From NCBI GenBank assembly GCA_951406725.2, contig OX597825.1, positions 64,356,001 through 64,420,000 of the forward strand: a DNA stretch of 64,000 bases, in the 5' to 3' direction. This DNA comes from Octopus vulgaris (taxonomy: Eukaryota). Under the pieces are notes generated by a model. The model was not told the DNA's origin and made no database searches. It worked only from the letters and a program-made list of their open reading frames with translations. How positions within the stretch are numbered: position 1 is the stretch's first letter; every line of letters starts with the position of its first letter. Made by a program: the position numbers and the translations under genes. Below, piece after piece: positions 1-12,170 of the stretch.

Positions 1-97
1 TTCGTTTGGGGTCGATAAATAAGTACCAATGGAGTGGAGGTAATAGATTTATTATTATTATCATCATCATCATCATTATTATTATTATTATTATTAA

Positions 98-162
<65 letters not shown>

Positions 163-299
163 GCATCATCATTAAGTCGGTGAGCTGGCAGAACCGTTAG
201 TACGCCGGGCGAAATGCTTCTGGACAGTAGTGTACAGGGAAAAACCACGTAAGTTAACAGGTTAAATGGTCTTTTTCTTCTAAATATGGATAGTGGTTT

Positions 300-960
300 G
301 GGGTCTTCACTCCATTATTGATTTCGGTAGAGCATTGACTATTTTCTAAGAAGCATTAAATTCCTCCGAGAATGCTATATAGAAAAGAAAAAAATTCGTA
401 GAAGCGTTCGGTTGTGCACAATAGGTAAAATGTTTCAGTTTTAGGCCCAATTTGCGTGTTTTTATGAGATGATTGTAGGTGGGAATTTTAGTGTTTGTCT
501 GCTGAAGTTGTACTTAATTTTGCTCGCGCTCCTCTATCTTTGCAGACGTTCGTCAAACCGGTGTTTCTGGCAGCTTCGAGCAGGTAACATGTGATGGTAT
601 GGATTTTTCATCATAATGCAGTGTTGTTTAAGTATCTGAATGCTAAATCGTCGTACTTACTCTTATCTAGAATGCATAATTCTTTCTCTTACTCTGAAGG
701 TAAATATATAAGTTGTTGTTTTGTGGGGTTTTATAAAAGGTTTTTATAAAATGAGGTATTTGGATCTATAGCTATATAGAATGGAAGAGAAATATTTTCG
801 TAAGTTGTTGAAAATGGAATTTTAACTTTCGTAAGCTTAACGTTAAGTTTGATGTTAGCTGAGGAGTTTAGTAGACGAATTTAGAAATAGTGTTTCGTGG
901 ATGGTGAGGGAGTAGGGCTTCAAAACCGATATTCGTATTAGTTGGTATACTGTTCAGCAA
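300..960 (-). mobile_element. Highly degenerate PLE RT/thumb fragment
   Basis: Minus-strand translation near 700-830 gives IPFSTTYENISLPF...FYK..YKTP, resembling the PLE F-T-x-E...LPFLD...Y-x-KPT motif. Many stops. Confidence 0.45.
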
Positions 961-1736
961 ATCTAGCTTCTATATCAAGTTGTATCTTGTCATTAAATCA
1001 CTAACATGAAATGAATGGAGACAAAGATTTAATAAGACAAGAATTATAGTAAACTACCGGGTGGCCCGCAGAGAGACTCAACGTACGAATCGCACACTTC
1101 AGACATTTTCTAAGTAGGTTCCTAACTAAAAACAGACCACCGCACAAGGTCATTTGCACGTTACTCGGATCAGTATTGAGAACGTATATCTGCAGTTCAA
1201 CGTGTTGTATAAAATCTCATGTAGTAAATGCTGTGGATCATATATTACAAGTAGCACCTGACTGATGTTCATCCAAATCAGAGAGTGCATCCCTACTGAT
1301 GCTTTAGCTGACCGTTTAATAAATTGCCTGTGGAAATGCCACACTCATGATTCTAGTTTTCCGTCGGCTGCTAGGTACGTTACAATGGGAAACTCACAGT
1401 AACCATATTCGTTATTAACAACAGAACAGAAATACTTGCAGTAGATTGGTTATTATAGCAATGCTAACTTGCACATGAAAGCAAACCTCCTTACACGCGT
1501 GCGCGCACACACACTCACAAACACACTCACAGGTATACACACACGTTGCTTTATAAGAAGGAAAGAAAGGACGAACGAAAGAAAGAAAGAAAGAAGGAAA
1601 GAAAGATAGAAAGATAGAAAGAAGGAAAGAAAGAAAAAAGAAAGAAAGAGGGAAGTATAAGTGAGAAAGTGAGAAATAAATAGTTTGTGAAGAAAGAAAG
1701 ATAATAGTTTGTAAAGAAACAAAGATGAGGAGAATG

Positions 1737-2116
1737 AAGGCAGTGAGTTGGCAGAATCGTTAGCACACCGGGCGAAATGCTTTGTGGTATCTCGTCAGCC
1801 GCTGCGTTCTGAGTTCAAATTCCGCCGAGGTCGAGTTTGCCTTTCATCCTTTCGGGGTCGATAAATTAAGAACCAGTTACGCACTGGAGTCGATGTAATC
1901 GATTTAATCCGTTTGTCTGTGTTTATCCTCAATATGTTTAGCCCTTTGTGGTTAATAAAGAAATAAGAATCGTTAGCACGCCGTTTGTCTGCCGTTACGT
2001 TCTGAGTTCAAATTCCGCCGAGGTCGACTTTGCCGTTCATCCTTTCGGGGTCGATAAATTAAGTACCAGTTACGCACTGGGGTCGATATAATCGACTTAA
2101 TCTGTTTGTCTGTCCT

Positions 2117-2118
<2 letters not shown>
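1737..2118 (+). mobile_element. tRNA-derived SINE family A (Deu/Nin-domain-like core), head-to-tail dimer
   Basis: A box tggcagaatcgtt, B box gagttcaaattcc, core gcctttcatcctttcggggtcgataaattaagtaccag. The second unit starts at ~1965. Confidence 0.85.
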
Positions 2119-2147
<29 letters not shown>

Positions 2148-2223
2148 TTGTGCGTGCGTGCATGCGCGCGCGCGCGTGTGTGTGTGTGTGTGTGTGTATT
2201 GCTATATTAGAACCCCAAACCCC

Positions 2224-2400
2224 AAATGCTTAGCATCATTTCGTCTGACTTTGCGTTCCGAATTCAAATTCCGCCGAAGTCGACTTTGCTATTCATCCTT
2301 ACTTGGACGATAAAATAAGTACAAGTTGAATACATGGGTCGATATATTCGACTTAGACTCTCCACGGAATTGTTGACCTTGTGCTAGAATTTGAACTCAA
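2224..2400 (+). mobile_element. SINE family A, degenerate
   Basis: aaatgcttagc...ttcaaattccgccgaagtcgactttgc..ttcatcctt..gataaaataagtac. Confidence 0.7.
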
Positions 2401-3070
2401 TAACCTTGGTCGCTTTTAACAAATGTTGACAATATAGAGAATACACATCATATCGGTGATGGGAGATAATTTAAACAAAACAAGTAAAAATATATAATAT
2501 TATTCTGAAAAACTGGCTACTGTATCTAGAAAGATGTAAGAATTTTTCATGAAAATATGTTAATTCATAAATGGAATTAAATGACTGAGAATGTTTTGAT
2601 ATTAGTCCTGTATATGATGCAAAATACAGAAGGAAACGGTGAACGGAAAATGTAGACTTTTAGCGTGAAGAATGAACTGTAAAATGGGCGCGGCAATGGT
2701 GACGTATGTTTGTGTGTTAGGGTGTGTGTGAATGTTGGCAAGCTAAAGTTGAGGACTTGTTAGACATAAGGGAATAGTGGAGTAGGAAGGGGAAAAATAG
2801 GAGTGTTTAAAAAAGATGTGAACGATGTACTTGCGTAGGTTATAGAATGCCAAAAAAACTAAATTGTGTGGGACTCGCAAGAATTTTAATTTTCTTGTAC
2901 TAAACAACGCAATTTGTAACATCTATCCGTTGCACTCTTCTTCCGTCTAATACGTGCATGTATCCCATATGCCAATGGATTTATAATTCTTCAAATTCCA
3001 ACTGTCAATCACAACTGATAGAATGGGCTTTCGAAGATTCCTTCTCTTGCAACCATGCACGATCTTTCAT

Positions 3071-3118
<48 letters not shown>

Positions 3119-3407
3119 CTCTCTCTTTTCTCTTGCCCTCCCCCTCTCTCTCTCTCCCTCTCTGTATCTCGATACTATCATCAAAACCCAGAGAGGACTG
3201 TGACAGATGACGGAAGAGATGAAGCAACATGAATTGGGTGTTTTTTTTTGGTGAAAACAAAATAAAAGAAGTTTGTCACACGGTCTGTGAATCGAACTAG
3301 CATATCAACGATTTTCAGCTTACATCTACCTACTCGGCAAACTGGTCTTTTTCGGCTAAAGATTTCATGTCGCTTCTTCTCCTCTTTCATCTGTCACAAT
3401 CCTCTCT

Positions 3408-3815
3408 TACTTTACTCTCTTTTACTCTTTTACTTGTTTCAGTCATTTGACTGCGGCCATGCTGGAGCACCGCCTTTAGTCGAGCAAATCGACCCCGGGA
3501 CTTATTCTTTGTAAGCCCAGTACTTATTCTATCGGTCCCTTTTGCCGAACCGCTAGGTGACAGGGACGTAAACACACCAGCATCGGTTGTCAAGCAATGC
3601 TAGGGGGACAAACACAGACACACATACATAAATATATATATACATATATACGACAGGCTTCTTTCAGTTTCCGTCTACCAAATCCACTCACAAGGCATTG
3701 GTCGGCCCGGGGCTATAGCAGAAGACACTTGCCCAAGATGCCAAGCAGTGGGACTGAACCCGGAACCATGTGGCTGGTTAGCAAGCTACTTATCACACAG
3801 CCACTTCTGCGCCTA
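3408..3815 (-). mobile_element. tRNA-derived SINE family B with internal (TA)/(TG) microsatellite
   Basis: Head ggcgcagaagtggctgtgtg..ggttccgggttcagtccc, cttgggcaagtgtctt, tail (gagtaaaa)n. Nine or more copies in the window. Confidence 0.9.
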
Positions 3816-3870
3816 GTGGTCAAACCAGGAAATTTCCCTCTACATCAGTTTCGATCCGGGATTTTGGTGG

Positions 3871-3908
<38 letters not shown>

Positions 3909-3911
3909 GAA

Positions 3912-3945
<34 letters not shown>

Positions 3946-4949
3946 ACAGACAGACAGACAGAGAGCGGGAGAGAAAGGCACACACAGGGGGAATATGAAA
4001 AAATATATATTGCATTATGAGATATGTATGTAAACGTAAGTCTGATGGGTGTGTCTACTTGATATTATCTATACATGTGTCTGTAATTCTGTGTGTTTTG
4101 CTTTATGTACAATGTTTAAAGGCGAGATCAATCATTTGGTTAAATCTATACATTAAGCAGAAACGATAATATAGCCTGCATTCTTATTAGTTATATTTAT
4201 TGACACTGAATAATTCTAAATACTGCACTATCCACAAATAAAAAGCCTTCATCCCTTTTATATTACAATATTCATCAAACATATTGGTTCTATTCTTTCC
4301 AATATTTTTTATACCTTATTTATTCTACACAAATAATCGTAATGAATAATGTTACCTTTTCTCTTTTATTGCTTTGGTGTTAGTATGTGTTATTTATTCA
4401 GTATTTTTATACACTTCTTAAGCAAATAACGTTTATTTACTGATTTAATTCATACGTTAGAGTAAAACGAACGTTCTGCGGACGTGTTGCTATACATAAT
4501 ACTTTATCTTCATTTAAAGATCTTAAGATGTTAAGAATTCTTTACAGACTTACTTAAGAGGTCGCAATTGATTTCGAATTATGAATTTCAGTCTTGTGCA
4601 TTGGATATTCGGAACTTCTTAACTTACTATAAATACCGTTCGCCACTTTTGCCAAAAGAGTTTCCACAGCCCACAGATTTCAAGAACTATCACAGTCGGT
4701 CAAGTAAGATATGGTAGCACTCTCTTTATAATGTTACTAATGCCAAAATGTTAATTATTAAATACATTTCAGCTTGCCAGCTCATTCTTCTATACCCTGG
4801 GGAAGTGCAGATAATCGCTGTAAGCTGCTTAAATGCTGCGTAATTGTTTAATGTTTCGTTAGCTTGCTGTATTTAGTTTAAATCCTGCCTAAAAGTGAGT
4901 TGGCATGGTATTGTATGCACTATTTAAAGGCATATATTAATTAAAACTT

Positions 4950-5420
4950 TCAGTTGCATCCTAAAATTTCAAGTAAGTTACTAGCTTTTGCATAAATCCG
5001 GAAGAGATATTCCGTTCAATCCAACTAACAATAATATTGTTTCGCCTACGATTTAATTATTTGGAAATACATCTTAAGGAATAATTCCCTGTCTGTACGG
5101 GAGAGAGATACTAAAAATACTTTCCGTTAATTTATCGACAATTCAAGGAAACTCTAATGATATTGATGTGCAGATTATATATCACTTTATACCTTGAGAG
5201 ACGATTCAGATTACTTTTCCCTCTGTAACGTAACCTACGAGCATTTAAAGCTCTTAATATGTATTACACTCGAATTGCCATTACTAAAATGTTTTCAGGA
5301 TAATGCTTTTAGTAAATTGAACTTGTCATATCGCTGCTGGGTACAATATGACCTCCGAGAAAAGGAAAGAAAATGTGAATGGGTGGATCTTCATCGCATG
5401 CAACAGTGTCAAAAATATTT
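4950..5420 (+). mobile_element. Ancient degenerate PLE RT fragment
   Basis: Colinear decayed motifs HKSGRDIPFNP...SPT (cf. KIHK..P.RPI..SPT), DIDVQIIY.FIP*ETI (cf. DV.SLY..IP..E.I) and a decayed G.AMG region. Confidence 0.45.
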
Positions 5421-5543
5421 ACCATTATTTATAAAGTCCAATTCTGTTTTTACACTGCTCTACTTATTTACGGTTCTGTTCCCACCGACCTCAGCTAAGA
5501 ACTATATATTTCGTGGTTGGACATAAAAGTACCATACATTTAC

Positions 5544-5961
5544 CTATTTCTTTACTACCCACAAGGGGCTAAACACAGAGTGGAGAAACAAGGACAGACA
5601 AACGGATTAAGTCGATTACATCGACCCCATTGCGTAACTGGTACTTAATTTTATCGACCCCGAAAAGATGAAAGGCAAAGTTGACCTCGGCGGAATTTGA
5701 ACTCAGAACGTAACGGCAGACGAAATACCTATTTCTTTACTACCCACAAGTGGCTAAACACAGAGAGGACAAACAAGGACAGACAAACGGATTAAGTCGA
5801 TTACATCCACCCCATTGCGTAACTGGTACTTAATTTATCGACCCGAAAGGATGAAAGGCAAAGTTGACCTCGGAAGAATTTGAACTCAGAACGTAACGGC
5901 AGACGTAATACCGCTAAGAATTTCGCCCGGCGTGCTAACGATTCTGCCACCTAACCACCTT
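5544..5961 (-). mobile_element. SINE family A dimer with diverged ~16-bp TSD
   Basis: Two tandem units. Flanks agtaccatacatttac / agtaccactcatgtac match at 13 of 16 positions. Confidence 0.85.
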
Positions 5962-6377
5962 AGTACCACTCATGTACTCATAACCAAACGTTCTACTTTC
6001 CCTGAAATTCTGACCTTGTGTTTTTTTTTTTAATGTTAGAACCGATACTAGCGCTATGCGAACGTGGGATGAGAGTAATACAAACTCGTAATAGCGTTGG
6101 GAAGGAATATCGCGTTGCGTTATTTAGTTAATTCGAATAGTATTATCTCAGATTTCGAACCCCACTAAGGTGAGACAATAAAATATGTAGTAATGAAGCA
6201 GCATATTTGGAGTTGATTTACCAGTCGTCATTCTACATCTCTTCCTTCCCCACTCTCTATCTCATTCTGTCGCTCACTTCTTTTGTCTGGGTTATAAATA
6301 TCATTAATTATGGAGCATAAGTTGGTAAAATTAGTAAATTTGAGAAAGCTCTTTTGACATATCATAGAATAACTGTG

Positions 6378-6682
6378 TGGCGGCACATGGCCTAGTGGTT
6401 AGAGCAGCGGACTCGCGGTCGAGAGATCGCGGGTTCGAATCTCAGACCGGGCGATGTGTGTGTTTATGAGCGAAACACCTAAGCTCCACGTGGCTCCGGC
6501 AGAAGGTAATGGGGAAATTCTGCTGACTCTTTCGCCGCAACATTCTCTCACTCTTTCCTCCTGCATTCTGAAGCTCACCTGCGACGGACTGGAGTCCTAA
6601 CCAGGTGGGGAACCTATACGCCAAGGAAACCGGGAAACCGGCCCTGATGAGCCAGGCATGACCCGAGAAGGCACAACCAACA
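6378..6682 (+). mobile_element. tRNA-derived SINE family C (CORE-like central domain), full length with 12-bp TSD
   Basis: A box tggcctagtggtt, B box ggttcgaatct, cctgcgacggactgg block. TSD agaataactgtg at 6366-6377 and 6683-6694. Confidence 0.88.
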
Positions 6683-7353
6683 AGAATAACTGTGGTAAAT
6701 AGTTACATCGCTATAGATTACAAGTTTTAAAAAACGATCAAGTAAAACTTTCTCTTTATTCTAACAACGAGTATAAAACCAACATTCGGATGATTCTTTG
6801 ATTGCTAGTCGGCCAAAATTTGTATCATATTATGTGTTAGGCGCTGGACGGTGCGACGTCACAAGGAAAAGTGGTGTGCGCCAGCATCACGAATATTTTC
6901 CTGTCACCTGGCTTCCATCTTTGTTTGTGCCTCAAGGCTTTCACTCCACACACCAGTTCAACTTAACTTGTCCTTGTGAGTCAAACGATACCTGTTGTTA
7001 TTTTCTTGTTGTTTGTATTTCTAATCATGTAACATTTTCTCCGTTTTCAGGTTTTTTTATCTGTGTTGTCGTTCAGATTCACCTCCTTTCTTCCAAAAAA
7101 ATTAATGCACTTAGCTTAGATTTTTGGGGCCAACCAATTTTGAAAAGTCTCAAGTGTAATAGACCGAAACTGTAATGATAATTCGAGACTTGACTGAGGA
7201 ACAGAAGGCCACAGATGATCCGTCCTGGTTTTCTCTGTCCGTCTTTGTATCGTCTATCTGTCCGCATGTTTTTATTGTCGTTCGTTACATTCTTATTCGG
7301 TTGTTTTATTTATATATACATACATGCATACATTCATACATACATACACACAC

Positions 7354-7412
<59 letters not shown>

Positions 7413-7499
7413 AATCCAAACGGGAAAACAAAAAAACAACAACAATGGAACAATTACAGTATTATTATTAATAGGCGCTCAGGAAATGGAAGCAGGAAG

Positions 7500-7534
7500 G
7501 TATGACGTTTCGAGCGGAGCTCTTCGTCGGAAAC
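7500..7534 (-). ncRNA. Minimal type I hammerhead ribozyme motif in the PLE terminal repeat (CCGACGA core)
   Basis: Minus strand reads GUUU-CCGACGA-A-GAGC(UCC)GCUC-GAAA-CG-UC-AUAC: stem I GUUU/AUAC (one mismatch), 4-bp stem II, palindromic ACGU stem III, GUC cleavage triplet. Confidence 0.75.
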
Positions 7535-10063
7535 ATAAAGAAGGAAGAGAGAGGAAAGAAAGATTCCAAAGCGAGCAACAGGAGATAGAGAAAGAAACGA
7601 CTGGTGTTTACGAGTTACACATGGTGAAAGGCGGAAGTTTACGATAACAAGAGCAAAGTAGGTTTTTAAAGCCAAAAGAGTGGAGACAAGGTTGGTAACG
7701 CAACAGATGTGTGTGTATGTGTGAGTGTGTGCGTGTGCGTGTGTGTATGTGTGTGTGTGAGGCGAGATAAAAAAACAAAAAATATATGTATGTGTTAGTG
7801 TGAGCGTCTGTGTGTAGGCGTGTGAGGTAGGGCGAGACAGTAGTAGGCATAGCAGACAGTGGTCAGAAGTAAGAAAAAGAAGGAAGGAGGAAGGGAGGGA
7901 GGGGAAGGGGTGGGGGCGTATGTAGCGTGCCAGCGTGTGTTGAGTAGTAGTGTGTGTGTGTGTCCAGTGTCGTGGTAGTATTAATGGCGAGTAGATTGAA
8001 TGTGTGTAAGAGTAATGTATATATTTAAGCAATGTGTGTGTGTGAGTGGGTGTGTATATGTGTGCGCGTGTGTGTAACAAAAAAGGGGGGGTTAAGGAAA
8101 AAGGACTCCAGCTGAGGGGAAGATGGAAGAGTGGTCCCGCGGAGACGGGCGTGGGAAAACCCAACGACAAGCGACGGTCCCAGGAACGAGCGGGAGGTCT
8201 CGTCGGGTCCAAGAGCTAGGTGCATGCAGCGCGTATGCGCGCGCGAACCGGCGCAAGCGCGTGTGTGCGCGCGACTGCGAGTATGCGCGTAAGTATGTAT
8301 GTGTGTGGATGTGTGAGTGTGTCTGTGTGTATGTCTGGGTGTCAGTGTGTCCGATGAATGTATGTGAGTATGTGTGTATATATGTGTGTGCATAGATATA
8401 TGTCCGTGTGTGTGTGTGTGTGTATGTGTATGAGTGTGTATGTATGTACGTGTGGGTGTGTGGAAGTGTGTGTATGTGCATGTGTGTGCGCGTGTACAGG
8501 TGTGTGAGTGAGTGTGTGTGTGTGTGTGTATGTATGTGTGTGTGTGTATGTATGTGTGTGTAGGATGTATGTATGTGTGTGTGTATGTATGTATGTGTAC
8601 GTGCGTGTGTGTGTGTGTATGCGTGTAGGTGTGCGCGTGTGCATGCATGCATGCATGTGCGTATGTGTGTGTGTGTGCATGTGTGTGGGTATATATGTAT
8701 GTACGTATATGTGTGTGTATGTGCGTACATGTGTGTGTGTATGCATGTGTGTGTATGTAGGTGTGTAGGTGTGTGTGTATAGGTGTATGTATGTAAGTAT
8801 ATATGGGTGTGTCCGTGTATGTGTGTGTATGTATGTGTGTGTATGTAGGTGTGTGGGCGTGTGTATATGTGTGTGTATGTAGGTGTGTGGGCGTGTGTAT
8901 ATAGGTGTATGTATGTATGTCTGGGTGTGTCCGTGCATGTGTGTGTGTGTGTGTGTATGCATGTGTATGTAGGTGTGTGTGTACGTGTGTAATGTATGTG
9001 TGTATGCGTGTGTGTGCGTGTGTATGCGTGCGTGTGTGTATGTAGGTGCGTGTGTATGTGTGTGGGAGTGTAGGTGTGTGTGTGCGTGTGCGTGTTTATG
9101 TTGGTGTGTGCGTATGCGTGCAGGTGAGTGTGTGTGTAAGTATGTGTGTGTGTATGTTTGTGTGAGTGTGTATGTGTGTGTGAGTGTGTATGTGTGTATG
9201 TCTGTGTGTATGTATGTATGTGTATGTATAGTATGTGTACGTATGTATGTGTGTGTGCATGTGTATAAGTATATGTGTGTGTGCGTATGTGTGTGTATGT
9301 GTATGTGTGTGTGTTTATGTATGTGTGTATGTATGTGTGTAGGCGTGTGTGTGTAGATGTATGTATGTATGGGTGTGTGTGTGTGTTTGTGTGTGTGTGT
9401 AGGTAGGTGTGTGTGTCTGAGTGAGGGTATGGCTGTGTAGGTGTGTGTGTGTATGAATGTAAGTGTGTGTGTGTACAAGTGTAATGTATGTATCTAGGTG
9501 TGTGTGTGTGTATGTGTACGTGTGCGTGTGTATGTGTGTGTGTGTATGCGTGTGATTGTGAGTGTATGGGTGTATGTCTGTGTGTGTGTATGTCTGAAGT
9601 AGGTATGTGTGTGTATGTATGTATGTGTGTGTGTGCGGGTATGTGTGTGTGTGTATGTGTGTGTGTGAGTAGGTGTGCGTGTATGTATGTGGGTAGGGAT
9701 GCATGCGAGTGTGTGGGTATGTATGCATACATACGCACGCGCACATCCGAAGCAAGCCCACACACACGAAGCGCGCTCACGCACACAACGCACAAGCAAT
9801 AAAACGCAAGCCCATGGGGCCGACCAAGCCCCCAGCGCGCGCCAAGGCGCGCGAGCGCAAATGCCCTCGAACGCCCCGCTACGCGGGAACCGAGGATTCA
9901 TCAGCCAAAAACCGGAAAGCAGAAAAGAGGGGGGGCTGCCTGGATGCAAAAAGGTGTATGTGTGTGTGCATTCAGTGTAAGGGTGTGCATGTGTCGGTAT
10001 GTATGTATGTGTGTGCCTACATGTATGTGTGCATGTGTGTGTGTGTGTGAGATAAGTACGTGC

Positions 10064-10103
<40 letters not shown>

Positions 10104-10380
10104 TATGTATGTGTGTATGTATGTATGTGTGTGTGTGTGTGTGTAAGTATGTATGTGTATGTGTGTGTATGTATGTGTGTGTGTATGTGCATGTTGGTTT
10201 GTATGTTAGTGTGTGCATGTATGTCTATAAGTGTGTGTGATTAAATGTGTGAATGTATGTACGTAGATGGGTCTACGTATGTGTGTGTGTGAACAGGCGT
10301 GTGGGAGGTAGGTGGGTGGGTGTGTGTGGGTGGTGTATCCGGGAAACAAAAAAAAAAGAAAAAAAAAAAAGAAGCGGATC

Positions 10381-12119
10381 TCAAGAGGAGGGGGCTGTGT
10401 TAAGTCCGTGTGGGATGGTAGTTTGTAGGGTGAAGATGTAGCGTTGCTCCAAGTGGAGCCTGGAAAGTGGGCGACCATTGTGGGGGGCGAGACTAAACAC
10501 TGAGATGTCATTTAGGGAATGGCCGGCCGAGCGGAAGTGGCGTGCGACGGGAGAAAAAGAGTGTAGGCGAACGTCCCTCAAATGTTCAGTGAAACGGTCG
10601 GACAACCGGCGTCCCGTCTGTCCTACATACAACATCCCGCATAGGTTGCATTTAATGCAGTAAATAAGGCCAGACGAGGTGCACGTAAAAGAGTGCCTAA
10701 TGCGTACAGTATGCTGGTTGGAGCCAGTGACAGCGGTGGTGTTGGTGATGAAGGGGCAAGTGTTGCAGCGGGATCTAGAGCAAGGGAATGATCCGTGTGG
10801 GGCTGAGGGGGAAGGAGAGAGGGTGCTGTGGACCAGGAGGTCACGCAGATTGCGGGCTCGTTTGAAAGAGGACAGGGGTGGGTTAGGGAAAATGGGGCGG
10901 GTGGTGGGATCAAGCTGGAGGCGACGGAAGGCACGTAGTATCTTGCGACGAAGGGGTAGGGTAGAGGGGGAAGGGGTACGGTTGGGGGGTGGGCGGTGTT
11001 AAGGAGACAGGGCAGTAGTGCGGTCGATGCGACGGGCGCGGGTGAGGGCATCAGAGAGGAGTATGGGTGGGTAACCTCGGAGTCTGAACATGCGGGCCAG
11101 GTATTGAGATTGGGTCTCGAAATCCTGGTCGTGGCTGCACAAACGTCGGAGGCGGAGGAACTGGGAGTAGGGGATGGCTCGTTTGGTGTGGAAGGGGTGG
11201 GAGGAAGAGAAGTTGAGATAGAGGTGGGAATCCGTAGGTTTAAAGAAGGCGGTGATGGTGAGAGAGTTGGAGGGGTGATCGATGCGGAGAGAGATGTCAA
11301 AGAAGTTGACAGAGGTGTTGGAGATGGTGGAGGTGAATTGAAGAGAGGGGTGAAAGTTGGAAAGGAAAGAGATGAATTGGCAGAGAAGTTCACGGGAAAG
11401 GGAGGTGGCACCAATGCAGTCGTCGATATAGCGACCGTATAGTTCGGGGGTCGGCCCAGATAACTGGGAGAACACTTGGGCCTCAATGTAGCCAAGAAAG
11501 AGATTGGCGAAATTGGGGCCCATCCTAGTTCCCATCGCGACCCCGGACAGCTGTTGGTACGTTTCCCCGGCGAACGTGAAGCAATTGAGGGTGAGGACGA
11601 GCTCAGCCAAACGGAGAAGGGTGGGGGTGCTGGGGGTGGGGTCGGGAGACGGTCGAGGAAGTGTTGGAGGACTAGGAGACCGTCATTGTGGGGAATCACT
11701 GTGTACAGGGATTTTACATCTAAAGTGAAGAGGAGGTGTGAGGGGCTGGAAGGGAAGGAAAAGGAATTGAAGAGACGGAGGGCGTGGTTGGTGTCGTGTA
11801 TGTGGGATGGGAGGGCTGCGAATAAGGGGGACAGGATGCGGTCGAGGTATAGGGAGATGAGTTCAGTGGGGCAATTACAGGCAGAGACTATGGGACGGCC
11901 AGGATTAGAGGGTTTATGGATCTTGGGAAGGAAGTAGATGGTGGAGGTGCGGGGTGTGCGGACGATGAGGTTGGTGGCGGTGGGGGGAGAGCGGAGGAGG
12001 AGATGAGGTCGCGGATGGTGGAGGACACTCGCTGTTGGTAGGAGGAGGTGGGATCGGAGGGGAGGAGGCGATAGAAGAGGGGATTTTGAAGCTGGTTGAG
12101 CGCTTCCTCCCTGTATAGG

Positions 12120-12124
<5 letters not shown>
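10381..12124 (-). pseudogene. PLE reverse transcriptase-GIY-YIG endonuclease ORF (two frameshifts near 11985 and 11643, one in-frame TAA at 10999-11001)
   Basis: Stitched translation gives YFLPKIHKPSNPGRPIVS, FTLDVKSLYTVIPH, YQQLSGVAMGTRMGPNFANLF, RYIDD, KPTDSHLYLNFSSSHP, RGYP, then CSRSRCNTC (C-x4-C-x2-C linker), LIYCIKCNLC..YVGQTGRRLSDRFTEH and PHGLN. Confidence 0.95.

Positions 12125-12170
<46 letters not shown>

Larger units (their letters stand above)
7407..12124 (-). mobile_element. Penelope-like retroelement (Neptune-type), 5'-truncated, inserted in a (TA)n microsatellite
   Basis: Bounded by (TA)n at ~7360-7406 and ~12125-12168. Contains RT + GIY-YIG coding sequence at 10381-12124 and a long 3' region. 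The terminal segment (7407-~7640) recurs at 44328-44429 and 48217-48410 and carries a hammerhead motif. Confidence 0.9.

Noticed and set aside
2500-2950. Possible decayed GIY-YIG (YTG motif) on minus strand
   Set aside because: Similarity too weak to support by eye.
6378-6450. tRNA-like sequence with A and B boxes (also 27334-27410, 44155-44225)
   Set aside because: Continues into a SINE body, the 6378 copy has a TSD, and no proper acceptor stem is evident; these are SINE heads, not tRNA genes.
6640-6672. CTGATGA in the SINE C tail as a hammerhead
   Set aside because: No GAAA or stem III, and not conserved in other copies.
9850-9905. SECIS element in PLE island 2
   Set aside because: AUGA is present, but there is no apical AA at the expected spacing and no matching GA quartet; the in-frame stop in the ORF is TAA, not TGA.
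8025-10240. Long ORFs up to 567 aa rich in H/T/Y or C/V/M
   Set aside because: Translations of degenerate CA/TG repeats that lack stop codons; no domain content.
10679-11937. Plus-strand ORFs overlapping the PLE
   Set aside because: Antisense shadows of the C-rich RT ORF.
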